Below, piece by piece: positions 38,176 through 47,790 of a stretch of DNA of 64,000 nt. The translations under genes were made by a program, and so were the position numbers. The notes beneath the pieces were generated by a model. It searched no databases. It saw nothing but the letters and a program-made list of their open reading frames with translations, and had not been told where the DNA came from. Within the stretch, counting starts at the first letter, position 1. Each line of letters opens with the position of its first letter. The DNA comes from Acidimicrobiia bacterium (lineage in GTDB: Bacteria; Actinomycetota; Acidimicrobiia; Spongiisociales; ZC4RG35), in assembly GCA_965215185.1 (NCBI GenBank), contig OZ244034.1:2976001-3040000 (forward strand). The letters run 5' to 3'.

Positions 38176-38321
38176 CAACCATAGGAGCATCGATGAGCCG
38201 GTTTAGGGGGGGTGCTCTGCCCCGGGAGATCCGCATCCTCGAAGAACTCGGCATGATCAACCCCCAACCCGCCCCCCTAACCAGCGGGAAGTCCGACGCT
38301 TCTACCAAGCAGACCACACCC

Positions 38322-38470
38322 TGAGGTTGACCCGCTTCGGTGGACGCTCTAAGACTTGGGATTGTTCCCAGATAGGAGTGTTCAGAGAATGCCGAAGACG
38401 AGACGGCCGTATCCGGCGGAGTTCCGAGCGGAGATGGTTCGCGTGGTCAGGGCGGCTCGTAGCCCTTTCC
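38322..38470 (+). mobile_element. IS3 family left end with truncated orfA
   Basis: TGAGGTTGACCCGCTTCGGTGGAC terminus; MPKTRRPYPAEFRAEMVRVVRA from 38389. Confidence 0.65.
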
Positions 38471-39180
38471 GAAGGACCGGGATAGGTGCCACACGCTTAC
38501 GTTGCCGATGTGGCGACCAGGCACTTCGGTACGGCGGACCGAGAAGTCGTACACTCGGGCCTCGCGCCAGGACTGCATGCTCCGTTCGACGAAGCTGGCT
38601 GCCCGGGCTCTGGTATAGGGGGCGGTCGCCCAAGGTAGGAACCGGGCCAGTTCGGTCTTGGAAGCGTTGACGGCCCGGTAAAGGGCGTCGATGTCCTGTC
38701 TCCTGAAGGGGCGTAGTACGGACCGTTCCGTGTGGCGGTCGATGGGCGGCAGGGTTCCCGCGATGATCTGCTTATGTCCGGTCGTTCCTGGATGGGCAAA
38801 GCTGCATCGAGGAGGTTCGGCTCCGGAGACTAGCTAGGCGCAATCCTGCTGAACCGAATGGAACGGGTGGGGGACTCTCTCGATGACTACACCACCCGTA
38901 CCCTGGTCCTGCACGGCACCGAGGACAGCCCCGTCCCCCTTCTGCCAGTGGGCCACCGGGCGCACTTCCGTCCGTAGATCGGAAGGTCTATCGAAGTATC
39001 AAGTATGATTCCATTGACGAACCCCTTGGAGTAGCGCTGCTCAATGACATCATCACCCGGGTACGTGAACAGGTCAGAAGTGGGCTCCAGAAGACAGAAT
39101 CACCAGAGCCTTGGGGTCATGGGGTACGATAAGAAAACTAGTAGGATAGATTGGATAACAGGAGATAAGGAGGACTGCGT

Positions 39181-40089
39181 TTGTACACGGTCACCGGAGC
39201 CACGGGCTATACCGGCCGGTACATAGCCGCTCTGCTCCTCGACCAGGGACACGCCGTCCAGTCCATCACCGGACACCCTGACCGCCCCAACCCTCTCGGT
39301 GACCGGGTGCCGCTGTTGCCGTTCAACTTCGAGCGGCCCGACCTGTTGGAGCGGACATTGCGTGGCACCGACACGCTGTTCAACACCTACTGGATACGGT
39401 TCGCTCGTGGCGACCGCACCTTCGGGCGATGTGTCGAGGAAACACGGACTCTATTCCGGGCTGCCAAGGCTGCAGGTGTGCGCCGCGTGGTGCATGTCAG
39501 CATCACGAACCCGGACCATCAGTCGTCGCTGCCCTACTTCGCCGGGAAGGCCGAGGTCGAGGATGCGCTGCGTGCCTCTGGCCTCTCGTACGCGATAGTG
39601 CGACCGACGGTGCTGTACTCCACTGAGGACGTGCTGCTGAACAACATCGCCTGGTGTCTCCGCAGGTTTCCGTTCTTTCTCCTTCCCGGGTCGGGGACCT
39701 ACGGCATCCAGCCCGTATTCGTGGAGGACCTGGCCGCATTGGCGGTCGCGGCGGCTTGCGACGACCGGAACACCGAGATCGACGCGGTGGGCCCCGACGT
39801 GTTCGAGTTTGGCGGGATGGTGCGGCTGATCCGGGACAAGCTCCCTACCCGGTGTCTGGTGCTGCCGGCGCCCAAGCTGGTGACCTACGCAGCTGCCCGG
39901 GTCCTGGGTGTGTTCCTCCGGGATACCGTCCTCACCCGGCACGAGATTGCAGGGCTGTGCTCTGGGCTGATGGTCTCTCGCGCGGACACGCTGCCTCCGG
40001 CGCCGACGCGGCTCGCTGACTGGCTGGACCGATACGGATCAGAGCTCGGAGTGACCTACGCTTCCGAGTTCCGGCGGCATTACCGCTAG
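39181..40089 (+). CDS. Atypical SDR / NAD(P)H-binding protein
   Basis: VTGATGYTG, RRVVHVSITN, YFAGKAEVE, IVRPT, QPVFVEDLA; AAGGAGG before the TTG. Confidence 0.85.
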   Translation: MYTVTGATGYTGRYIAALLLDQGHAVQSITGHPDRPNPLGDRVPLLPFNFERPDLLERTLRGTDTLFNTYWIRFARGDRTFGRCVEETRTLFRAAKAAGVRRVVHVSITNPDHQSSLPYFAGKAEVEDALRASGLSYAIVRPTVLYSTEDVLLNNIAWCLRRFPFFLLPGSGTYGIQPVFVEDLAALAVAAACDDRNTEIDAVGPDVFEFGGMVRLIRDKLPTRCLVLPAPKLVTYAAARVLGVFLRDTVLTRHEIAGLCSGLMVSRADTLPPAPTRLADWLDRYGSELGVTYASEFRRHYR

Positions 40090-40247
40090 AGGCCTGGTTT
40101 GTCAGTGACGGAGAGGTGGAGTCCTACCCCTTTGAGACGTGCAGCCATCGCCCGGATCCCTGTGAAATCCCGGGTCCTGGCTGGTGGCCAGCACAACCCG
40201 GGTACCACCACGACACCCATGGCAACTGCATTCTTGACAGCCGGCGC

Positions 40248-41031
40248 CTATCGGCCGTCCATCCACACCTGCAGTGCGATCGCGCCGGCGTCGCGTTTCT
40301 GGCGGCTGCTGATCGTGAGAGGCGTCCTCCCGGCAGGACAGAAGACGAAGAGCGATGGGTCTCCACCGATGTCGTACCAGCATGCCCGGACGGCATACGG
40401 TCGCGACCGGAGTTTGCCGCTGTCCGTCCGTTCCGAAGGTGTGCATGACCTTCCACCTGTCCAGCGCGTCGAACACGATGCGGTCCAGATGGCTTCTCGC
40501 GACGGACAGGACCACCACGTGTGGCCGCAGCGCTTCCAACAGCGAATGCCACAGCGGGAGGCCATAGACCTCGAGCGTCGCTCTATCGGAGTTGCTGAGC
40601 CTGCTCCATGTCGGGTTGGTGGCGACGGGTGAGCAGATGTCGGTGTGCAAGGCGGTCGAGGGCCAGCCCGGGTAGTAGTTCGACCTAGCGCCGTTGAGCA
40701 GCGGCTCGAAGTGTCTGAACCAGGTGTGGTACGGGTCGGTGCGGAAGTAGGCCGAGAGGGCTTTGACGTAGCGATCCCGATCGTCCGCGGTGACGCTCGC
40801 AGCGACCGGAAAACGCCGGAACGGCTTGCGTGCCGGGAACTCTTCCAACGAAGGGTTGAGGCCGACGGTAAGCATGCGCACCGGCGATCTGCAGTAGGCG
40901 TCGATGTCGCCGAAGAACAGGATCGGGATGGCAGGGCTGACGCGAGACGGCAGGCGCCCGGCGCGCTCGAACGCCCGCCATGCCTGTGCCACTAACGGGC
41001 CGAGGCGAGGGATCTGCGCGTTGCTGCCCAT
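40248..41031 (-). CDS. Hypothetical protein, possibly uracil-DNA-glycosylase-like fold; probable frameshift near 40433
   Basis: PILFFGD..MLTVGLNPS..EF; a more protein-like C-terminus (ERTDSGKLRSRPYAV..LFVFCPAGRTPL) lies in another frame ending at 40248. Confidence 0.5.
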
Positions 41032-41180
41032 CTATGCGAAACCCTTACACCGTTTGATTCGAGAACTCGCGCCACCTCGAATGGTACTGAAGGCAATCGT
41101 CCGGAAAGGATGCCAGCTATGGCCTTATGAGTTCTCGCCACGTGGTTACAGCGCGAGTTTCTGGTATCTTGCGGGTCTGA

Positions 41181-41252
41181 TCGGGAGTGGTGTAATCGGC
41201 AGCACGACAGGTTCTGGCCCTGTTAGTAGGGGTTCGAGTCCTCTCTCCCGAG
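41181..41252 (+). tRNA. tRNA-Gln(CTG)
   Basis: Acceptor TCGGGAG/CTCCCGA; anticodon arm ACAGG-TT-CTG-GC-CCTGT; GGTTCGAGTCC. Confidence 0.95.
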
Positions 41253-41278
41253 CGTTTGGTATCATTGCCGCACGCAGT

Positions 41279-41351
41279 GGCCCCGTCGTCTAGGGGCCTA
41301 GGACGCCGCCCTCTCAAGGCGGTAACGCCAGTTCAAATCTGGTCGGGGCTG
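41279..41351 (+). tRNA. tRNA-Glu(CTC)
   Basis: Acceptor GGCCCCG/CGGGGCT; anticodon arm CCGCC-CT-CTC-AA-GGCGG; GTTCAAATC. Confidence 0.95.
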
Positions 41352-41360
41352 CGGAAGACG

Positions 41361-41412
41361 GCCCGGTCGTCGCTCATCCGCCGAGGATGAACGGACCGGG
41401 CCGCTCGTATTT
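41361..41412 (+). terminator. GC-rich hairpin after the tRNA pair
   Basis: GGCCCGGTC..TCATCC / GGATGA..GACCGGGCC followed by TATTTT. Confidence 0.5.
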
Positions 41413-41790
41413 TGAAGGCACGCGGACAGGTGGGCCGGATCCTCGCGAGACGCATCCTCGCGAAAACTGTTCCTGGCGAGGCGGTTGACGTTGTCACACC
41501 GGTACCCGATAGTTGGTGATACCAGACACCCGAGCGGCTTCGAACCAGGCGTCAGTCGACCATCCGGGGATCATCGATTCAGGAACCCGGGCGCCCGTGC
41601 CGGGCGGGGAGGCGCACGTTCCGATCCCAGGCAAGGTGGTGGTGGGGGTGGGCCCTGAGGAGGGGTCGGCGCCGGCGATTTTCGCGACCCGGCACCCGGT
41701 GGTCCACGGGTCCTGAGACCCTGCCTGCCCGGGCAACCCCATCACGTTGTCCGCCGCTGACGCAGAAGCCGCGCTCCGGATGGCAGACGG

Positions 41791-42498
41791 TCAGGCCTTC
41801 CCGTAGACGGGGACCGCGGCACCCGACATGACCCCGGACTCTCCGGTCAGGATGTATTCGGCCACTGCGGCGATCTCGTCGGGGGTGGGCCACTTGACGT
41901 AGTCCGAGTAGGGGAGGGTCGCCCTGGTCGCGGGGGTGTCGATCACGGACGGGAGGATAACGTTGACGGTGATGTCGGCCTCCTCCAGTTCCAGAGCCGC
42001 CGTCTTGGCCAAGGATACCACGCCGGCCTTGGCGATGTTGAAGGCCGCCTGCCCGGGCGGGGTGTCCACCGCCGCCCGGCTTCCCACCAGCAGGATGCGT
42101 CCGCCGCCGCCCGCCTCCAGGTACGGGATGGCGGCTCTGACGGTGCAGAAGGCCGAGCGCAGGTTGAGGTCGATCATCCGGTCGAACCGTATGTCGTCCG
42201 TGTCGGCTACATCGCGCCCCCCGGCCCAGCCCCCCACCAGTGCCCCCACCACGTCGACCCGCCCGAACCGTGAGGCGATCGATGCCATGAAACCATCGAT
42301 CTTCTCCCGCTCGACCGCGTTGACCCTCCTCAGGACCAGCCGGTCCTCGTCGTAGGGGAAGCGTTCCTCGTATTCGACCGCCTCGTCGGGGATCAGGTAG
42401 GTGGCGCCGATGCGGTAACCCTTGGCGAGCAGCCGTGTGGTCAGCGCGGTGCCCAACCATCCGGTGGCGCCCGTGAGTACGGCTACAGGATCGCTCAT
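41791..42498 (-). CDS. Short-chain dehydrogenase/reductase
   Basis: TGATGWLG, FNIAKAG (F in place of the YxxxK Tyr), VNVILPSVIDTP. Confidence 0.88.
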   Translation of the reverse strand: MSDPVAVLTGATGWLGTALTTRLLAKGYRIGATYLIPDEAVEYEERFPYDEDRLVLRRVNAVEREKIDGFMASIASRFGRVDVVGALVGGWAGGRDVADTDDIRFDRMIDLNLRSAFCTVRAAIPYLEAGGGGRILLVGSRAAVDTPPGQAAFNIAKAGVVSLAKTAALELEEADITVNVILPSVIDTPATRATLPYSDYVKWPTPDEIAAVAEYILTGESGVMSGAAVPVYGKA

Positions 42499-42537
42499 GG
42501 CCGCTAAGGATAGAGTGGCCGATTCCGGTTGCGTTCC

Positions 42538-43818
42538 TCAGCCGGACTTATCGATGATCCACACATCGGCGACGTTCGTGCCGGTCTTCCCGATCCGCAG
42601 CAGGGCCCCGGCGCGTTCCAGATACGGGTAGGAGTCGCAGCCGGCCAGGTGTCGGCGGGCCACGTCGGGGTCCGTCACCGTCCTGCCGTCCACGTACCCG
42701 CCCGCCGCGTCGGTGGGGCCGTCCACCCCGTCGGTGCCGACCGCCAGGAAGCGGTGGGTGGATCCGGCGATCTCGACTCCCGCGGCCACGGCGGCGTGCT
42801 GGTTGCGGCCGCCGCGCCCCTGTCCGGTCACCTCAACGGTGGTTTCCCCAGCCAGGACCCGGACGGTTCCCTCGGGCGTGGCGGCAAGGGCTCGGCCGAC
42901 CGCTTCGCAGGCCGGTCCCGACAGGGGATCCTCGCCGAGCTCCGCCTCCAGCCCGGCATCGGTGAGATAGCCGGCGGCGGCCCTCCCGGCGGTGATGCCG
43001 TCGGCGAGGATGAGGGCCGGGCCCGCCCGGGACCGTTCCCGCCCGGCAACGGCTGGGGTGCGGGCCGATCTGCGGGCCCGCTCGGCCGCCGTACCCCGGA
43101 TGGAGAACCTTTCGAACACCTCGGAGACATCGAGCGCGGTACGGGGGGCGGCCACGGTCGGGCCGGAAGCCACAACCGCCGGGTCGCCGCCGACGTCGGA
43201 GACGACCAGGGTGGCCACATTGCCCCGGCACCGAGCGGCCAGGCGTCCCGCCTTGACCTTGGACACCGCCTGCCGTACCCCGTTGATCACCTCGATAGGG
43301 GCGCCGGAGCGGATCAGCCGGTCGTTGAGGTCGCGCACGTCGTCGAGGTTCAGACCGTCGCTTGGTGCTTCGAGCAGCGCCGAGCCTCCTCCTGACACCA
43401 GGGCCAGGAGCAGCTCGCCCGGCGCCACCCGCTCGACCAGGGCGATGGCCGCATGCGCCGCCCGGACGCTCTCGCCGTCGGGGATCGGGTGGCCGGCCAC
43501 GATCAGTTCCGCCCATCCGGGGACATCCCCCGCCTCGTCGGTCACCACCAATCCTCCCGAGATCAGGGAACCGAGCGCCTGGTCGGCTGCCCGACTCATT
43601 CCGACGGCCGCCTTCCCGAAGGCCAGCACCGCCACCCGTAGCGCCGCCAGCGGTTCTCCGTCCACCACCACGCTGTCCTCGCGGCGGATCAGCGCCTCCC
43701 GGACCAGACGGGCGGGTTCCACCGCGTCCAAGGCGGCGTCCAGCGCCTCCAAGAGGCGGAGCGTGGCGGCGGGGTCGGCCGTCCTCAGATCCCCAAGCCG
43801 GGCAGCGGCGGGTCCCAT
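42538..43818 (-). CDS. Glycerate 2-kinase (DUF4147/MOFRL family); start at 43818
   Basis: FGKAA..M, GHPIPD, LVSGGGSAL, KVKAGRL, SDV..D..VASGP, GETTV, GGRNQ, GTDGVDG, TGTNVAD. Confidence 0.9.
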   Translation of the reverse strand: MGPAAARLGDLRTADPAATLRLLEALDAALDAVEPARLVREALIRREDSVVVDGEPLAALRVAVLAFGKAAVGMSRAADQALGSLISGGLVVTDEAGDVPGWAELIVAGHPIPDGESVRAAHAAIALVERVAPGELLLALVSGGGSALLEAPSDGLNLDDVRDLNDRLIRSGAPIEVINGVRQAVSKVKAGRLAARCRGNVATLVVSDVGGDPAVVASGPTVAAPRTALDVSEVFERFSIRGTAAERARRSARTPAVAGRERSRAGPALILADGITAGRAAAGYLTDAGLEAELGEDPLSGPACEAVGRALAATPEGTVRVLAGETTVEVTGQGRGGRNQHAAVAAGVEIAGSTHRFLAVGTDGVDGPTDAAGGYVDGRTVTDPDVARRHLAGCDSYPYLERAGALLRIGKTGTNVADVWIIDKSG

Positions 43819-44573
43819 CAGGGGGTGATCCTCTTGAACTCCTCCGCCGCGGTGAGGTCGGCCCCCGCTCCCGCCGCTCGTGCCCGGGCGTGGATCTCGA
43901 CCCGGAACGCCTCGGTGGCCTCCCCCGTACGTCCGGCGCCGTCCATGGTCGTGGTGGCTTGGCTGGAGTGCTCGAGCAACGCCTCCACCTTGCGATCGAC
44001 GAAGCCTTCCACGTCCTCCCGGTGATCGGGCCGGTCGGCGGCCCACAGGAGGAGGGCGCCGGGGCGGTGATGGTCGATCCCGCCACCCAGCTGCTCGGGG
44101 AAGAAGAGATGGTCCCGGGCCGCCACCACCCCGTCCACGACCGCCCAGCCGGTGGCCCGGTGGTCGGGGTGCAGCATGTAGCGCCGCCACGGGTCGTGGG
44201 ACAGCAACACATCGGGGCGCAGCCGGCGGATCCACGCGCACATTTCAGCCCGCAACTCCATCGAGTATTCGAGTTCGCCGTCCACGTGTCCGAGGTTGAA
44301 GGTGTCGACGACCCCGAGTGCGTCGGCCGCCCGCCGCTGCTCCTCGGCCCTGGTCCGGGCGAGTTCGGAAGGCGAGGCCGAGGGATCCCAGGATCCTTTG
44401 GATCCGTCGGTCAGGACCAGCACCGTTATGTGGGCGCCGCCCGCGGCCCACTTCGCGAGGGTGGCGCCGGCCCCGAACTCGGCGTCGTCGGGATGGGCCC
44501 CCACAGCCAGTACCCGGCGCGGTGGTGTCAGGTTGGTAGATGACCGGTCCATTCCGGTGCGGTAGTCGACCAT
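43818..44573 (-). CDS. PIG-L/LmbE family deacetylase
   Basis: AHPDDAE, LTDGSKG, DGEL, HPDHR, HSSQ. Confidence 0.92.
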   Translation of the reverse strand: MVDYRTGMDRSSTNLTPPRRVLAVGAHPDDAEFGAGATLAKWAAGGAHITVLVLTDGSKGSWDPSASPSELARTRAEEQRRAADALGVVDTFNLGHVDGELEYSMELRAEMCAWIRRLRPDVLLSHDPWRRYMLHPDHRATGWAVVDGVVAARDHLFFPEQLGGGIDHHRPGALLLWAADRPDHREDVEGFVDRKVEALLEHSSQATTTMDGAGRTGEATEAFRVEIHARARAAGAGADLTAAEEFKRITP

Positions 44574-44870
44574 GAACCGAGCCTAGGCCGGTGCTGAGGC
44601 ATCCACGACCCGTCGGTCGTTCGAGGGTAGATGCGCGGGCGGTGGTGCGACGGGCAAAGGGAATCGGGATCGTCCGCACTCTTCCTGCGCGGTCAGCCAC
44701 CTGGAACGGAGGCGGTAGAGGTCTTACGATCCGGCAATCCTGCGGCTCTCAGCCTATCGGTTCGATTGGTATTGTACGAAAGGCGAATTCGGAGGTTAGG
44801 TAGTTGGTCCCATGTTCATCGTGTTGCCAAAGAGCCGATGTCCCCGGGGGTTGGTTTGCCACCCTGCGTA

Positions 44871-44976
44871 CTAGGAGAGTGCTGAGAAACCTCCCGTTGG
44901 GCCGGCGGTCGATGACAAAATGCCACGTCAGTGGACGACGGGCCAACCAATTACGCGTCTTTCAGCATTCTCCTAG
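44871..44976. mobile_element. 98-bp MITE-like element flanked by CTAG
   Basis: CTAG|GAGAGTGCTGAGAAAC ... GTCTTTCAGCATTCTC|CTAG; 13/16 inverted-repeat match; internal arms also partly pair. Confidence 0.7.
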
Positions 44977-45069
44977 GAGGCAGCGGCAGCAGTGCGGGTT
45001 CCGGACCCTCGGCCCGCTGACAGGGATCGAGCCGGCGACACCCGAGTGCCGGTCCCACATGGATCCTCA

Positions 45070-46137
45070 ATGCGGATAACGCTGGAGAGTCTCCGCGCGG
45101 TGGCCATAGGATGCACGATCCTAGGAGGGGGCGGGGGAGGCGATCCGAGGATCGGTCAGATGATGGCCGAAGAAGCGATCCAGGTTCTCGGCCCGGTCGA
45201 TGTGTACCAACTCGAAGACCTCGATCCCGACGATCTAATCCTCCCGTGCGGGATGATCGGAGCTCCAACCGTGATGATCGAGAAAATCCCGAACGGTGGT
45301 GAGGGGCGAGCCATCCGAGATGTCTACGAGGACATCTACGGCCGCGAGTTCAAAGCGGTAATGCCGTTCGAGATGGGCGGAATCAACGGGGTATTGCCCA
45401 TCGCCTGGGCAGCTCACGCCGGGCTCCCGCTCGTCGATGGCGATTTCATGGGTAGGGCATTCCCCGAGTTGCAGATGCTCACACCGCATCTGCTCGGGAT
45501 GCCGGGCAGCCCCGCGGTGATCGCCGACGAGCGCCTGCAGACCATCGTCTTCCGAACCCTCGACAACCTCTGGCTGGAGAAACTGGTCCGGAACGCAGTC
45601 GCCACATTCGGAGGGTCCGCTTGCGGGGGTATGTATCCGATGACTGCCTCCCAAGCTCGTGGTCCGCTCATACCGGGGACCGTGTCGCTGGCGGAGCAAC
45701 TGGGACGGGCTATTGGATCCGGCGCGGACGATCCGCTCGAGGCCTTGTCCGAGGTGATCCCCGTTTTCCCGCTCGCAGCCGGGAAGGTGGTCGATGTCGA
45801 TAGGCGCACCGCCGGCGGGTTCGTCCGGGGGTCGGCGGTCATAGAGGGTATAGACCGGCACCGGAACCAGGTCTTCCGTCTCGAGTTCCAGAACGAGAAC
45901 CTGGTGGTGTTGAAGGATGGGGAAGCGCTGGCCACCGTCCCCGACGTAATCACCCTGCTCGACTACCACACCGCCCATGGGATCGTCACTGAGGGAATCA
46001 GGTACGGGCAGCGGGTGAGGATCGTGGCGTTTCCCAGCCCGAAGCAGTGGACCTCACCCGAAGGTATTGCAACCGTCGGTCCGCGGGCATTCGGGTACGA
46101 CGTCGACTATGTGGGAGTAGAGCAGCGGTATGGGTGA
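45070..46137 (+). CDS. DUF917 family protein
   Basis: GCTILGGGGGGDP, GAPTVMIEK, EMGGING, VDGDFMGRAFPELQM, FQNENL, VPDVI. Confidence 0.88.
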   Translation: MRITLESLRAVAIGCTILGGGGGGDPRIGQMMAEEAIQVLGPVDVYQLEDLDPDDLILPCGMIGAPTVMIEKIPNGGEGRAIRDVYEDIYGREFKAVMPFEMGGINGVLPIAWAAHAGLPLVDGDFMGRAFPELQMLTPHLLGMPGSPAVIADERLQTIVFRTLDNLWLEKLVRNAVATFGGSACGGMYPMTASQARGPLIPGTVSLAEQLGRAIGSGADDPLEALSEVIPVFPLAAGKVVDVDRRTAGGFVRGSAVIEGIDRHRNQVFRLEFQNENLVVLKDGEALATVPDVITLLDYHTAHGIVTEGIRYGQRVRIVAFPSPKQWTSPEGIATVGPRAFGYDVDYVGVEQRYG

Positions 46138-47716
46138 TATCGCCTGGAGGATCGGTATCGATGTCGGCGGAACCAACACCGATGCGGTCGTTCTCGACTC
46201 GCAGGACCGTCTGCTCGCCCGAGTCAAGACATCGACCAGCGAGGACGTGACTACCGGAATCGTCAACGCCCTGGAACTCGTTCTCGAAGAACTGGACGGG
46301 CCCGTATCCAACATCAGCCACGTGATGCTCGGCACCACCCACGCTACCAACGCCATCCTCCAGCGAAGGGATCTCTACAAGGTGGCCATGGTCAGGATCG
46401 GAGGCCCCGCCACCCGCTCCATTCCCCCTCTCGCCGGCTGGCCTTCCGGGCTCCGCTCGGCGGTGTCGTGCGGGGAGGTGGTGATCGACGGGGGAGTGGA
46501 GATGACCGGAGAGCCACTGGTCCCGCTGGACGAAGAAGCCGCTCGATCGTTTCTGGGTTCGGTCGCAGGCAGCGCCGAGGCCGTATCGGTCGCCGGAGTC
46601 TTCTCACCGGTCGTGGCGGACCAGGAGCTTCGCATCGAGGAGATAGCCCGCGAGGAGATGGGGGATGTCCCGATCTCCCTGAGCAATGAGATAGGGTCTC
46701 TCGGTCTCCTCGAACGTGAGAACGCCTGCATCCTCAACGCGGCGCTGGTCCGGGTAGCCCGACGGGTGATCGACGGCCTCACGTCGGCGATAGCGGCCTA
46801 CGGAATCTCGGCCGAGGTCTACGTGGCTCAGAACGACGGCACTTTGATGGGCCTCGACTACGTCCGCCGCTACCCGGTTCTGACGATCGGGAGTGGCCCT
46901 ACCAACAGCATGCGGGGCGCCATCTACCTGGCCGGCCTGACCGACGCCCTGGTTGTGGATGTTGGCGGGACATCCACCGACATCGGCATTATCAGCAACG
47001 GCTTCCCTCGCGAGTCGTCGACGGCGGTGGAGGTGGGTGGGGTGCGTACCAACTTCCGCATGCCTGACCTGGTATCCATCGCGATCGGGGGCGGGACCAT
47101 CCTCACCGACGATCCGGCAGGTGTGCGGATCGGACCCGAGAGTGTCGGGTTCCGCATACGCGAGGAGGCTCTCGTATTCGGCGGGCGAACCCCCACCCTC
47201 ACCGACGCCGCAGTGGTGGGCGGCAGGGCCGATTTCCTGGGCAGCTCCGAACGGTTGACGAACCAAGCCGACCTCCTTGGGAGGGCGATGACGGCATGTG
47301 ACGAGTTCGTCAGCGAGGCTGTCGACCGCGCCAAGGTCTCGAGAAAGGAGCTTCCGCTCATAGCCGTAGGCGGTGGGAGCATCCTGATCCCTGCAGCCAT
47401 CCCGGGGGTATCGGAGGTGATCCGGCCGGACCAGTACGACGTGGCCAACGCTATCGGGGCCGCCATCGCTTCGGTCTCCGGGGAGATCGACCGGGTTTAC
47501 AAGCTCGGTCCCGGCGGGCGAGAGGAAGCGGTGTCGGACGCCGTAGCCACCGCCAAGGGTGAGGCAGTCAGTGCCGGAGCCGATCCGGTCTTGGTGGATG
47601 TCGTGGAGATCGAGGAGGTTCCCCTTGCCTACCTGACCGAACCCGTGATCCGAATCCGGGTCAAGGCGGCCGGACCTCTCCGACCTCCAGAACATGTCCA
47701 GGAGTCGATGCCATGA
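46130..47716 (+). CDS. Hydantoinase/oxoprolinase family protein
   Basis: IGIDVGGTNTDAV, GTTHATNA, QNDGT, SGPTNSMRGA, DVGGTSTD, VANAIGAA. Confidence 0.92.
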   Translation: MGDIAWRIGIDVGGTNTDAVVLDSQDRLLARVKTSTSEDVTTGIVNALELVLEELDGPVSNISHVMLGTTHATNAILQRRDLYKVAMVRIGGPATRSIPPLAGWPSGLRSAVSCGEVVIDGGVEMTGEPLVPLDEEAARSFLGSVAGSAEAVSVAGVFSPVVADQELRIEEIAREEMGDVPISLSNEIGSLGLLERENACILNAALVRVARRVIDGLTSAIAAYGISAEVYVAQNDGTLMGLDYVRRYPVLTIGSGPTNSMRGAIYLAGLTDALVVDVGGTSTDIGIISNGFPRESSTAVEVGGVRTNFRMPDLVSIAIGGGTILTDDPAGVRIGPESVGFRIREEALVFGGRTPTLTDAAVVGGRADFLGSSERLTNQADLLGRAMTACDEFVSEAVDRAKVSRKELPLIAVGGGSILIPAAIPGVSEVIRPDQYDVANAIGAAIASVSGEIDRVYKLGPGGREEAVSDAVATAKGEAVSAGADPVLVDVVEIEEVPLAYLTEPVIRIRVKAAGPLRPPEHVQESMP

Positions 47717-47790
47717 TTGGGGTGAGCCCTGCGGCTGCCGTGGCCCGGACCAGTCAAGACAAGGAACGATATGACTAGGGAAGCCAGAAA

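Larger units (their letters stand above)
36713..38191 (+). mobile_element. IS110 family element, both ends present
   Basis: Left junction ACTGAAATC/CACTCATACT; right junction TTGACAACCATAGGAGCATC/GATGAG; no terminal IRs; removing it restores the ISL3 end. Confidence 0.88.

Noticed and set aside
37830-38324. Pro/Thr-rich tail of the 459-aa IS110 ORF
   Set aside because: Out-of-frame readthrough after the frameshift; it runs past the element end
38800-38980. TLVLHGTED hydrolase-like fragment
   Set aside because: Too short and broken to call
41420-41790. Short ORFs and ATCCTCGCGA x2 downstream of the tRNAs
   Set aside because: No recognisable protein or RNA family; the repeat is too short to interpret
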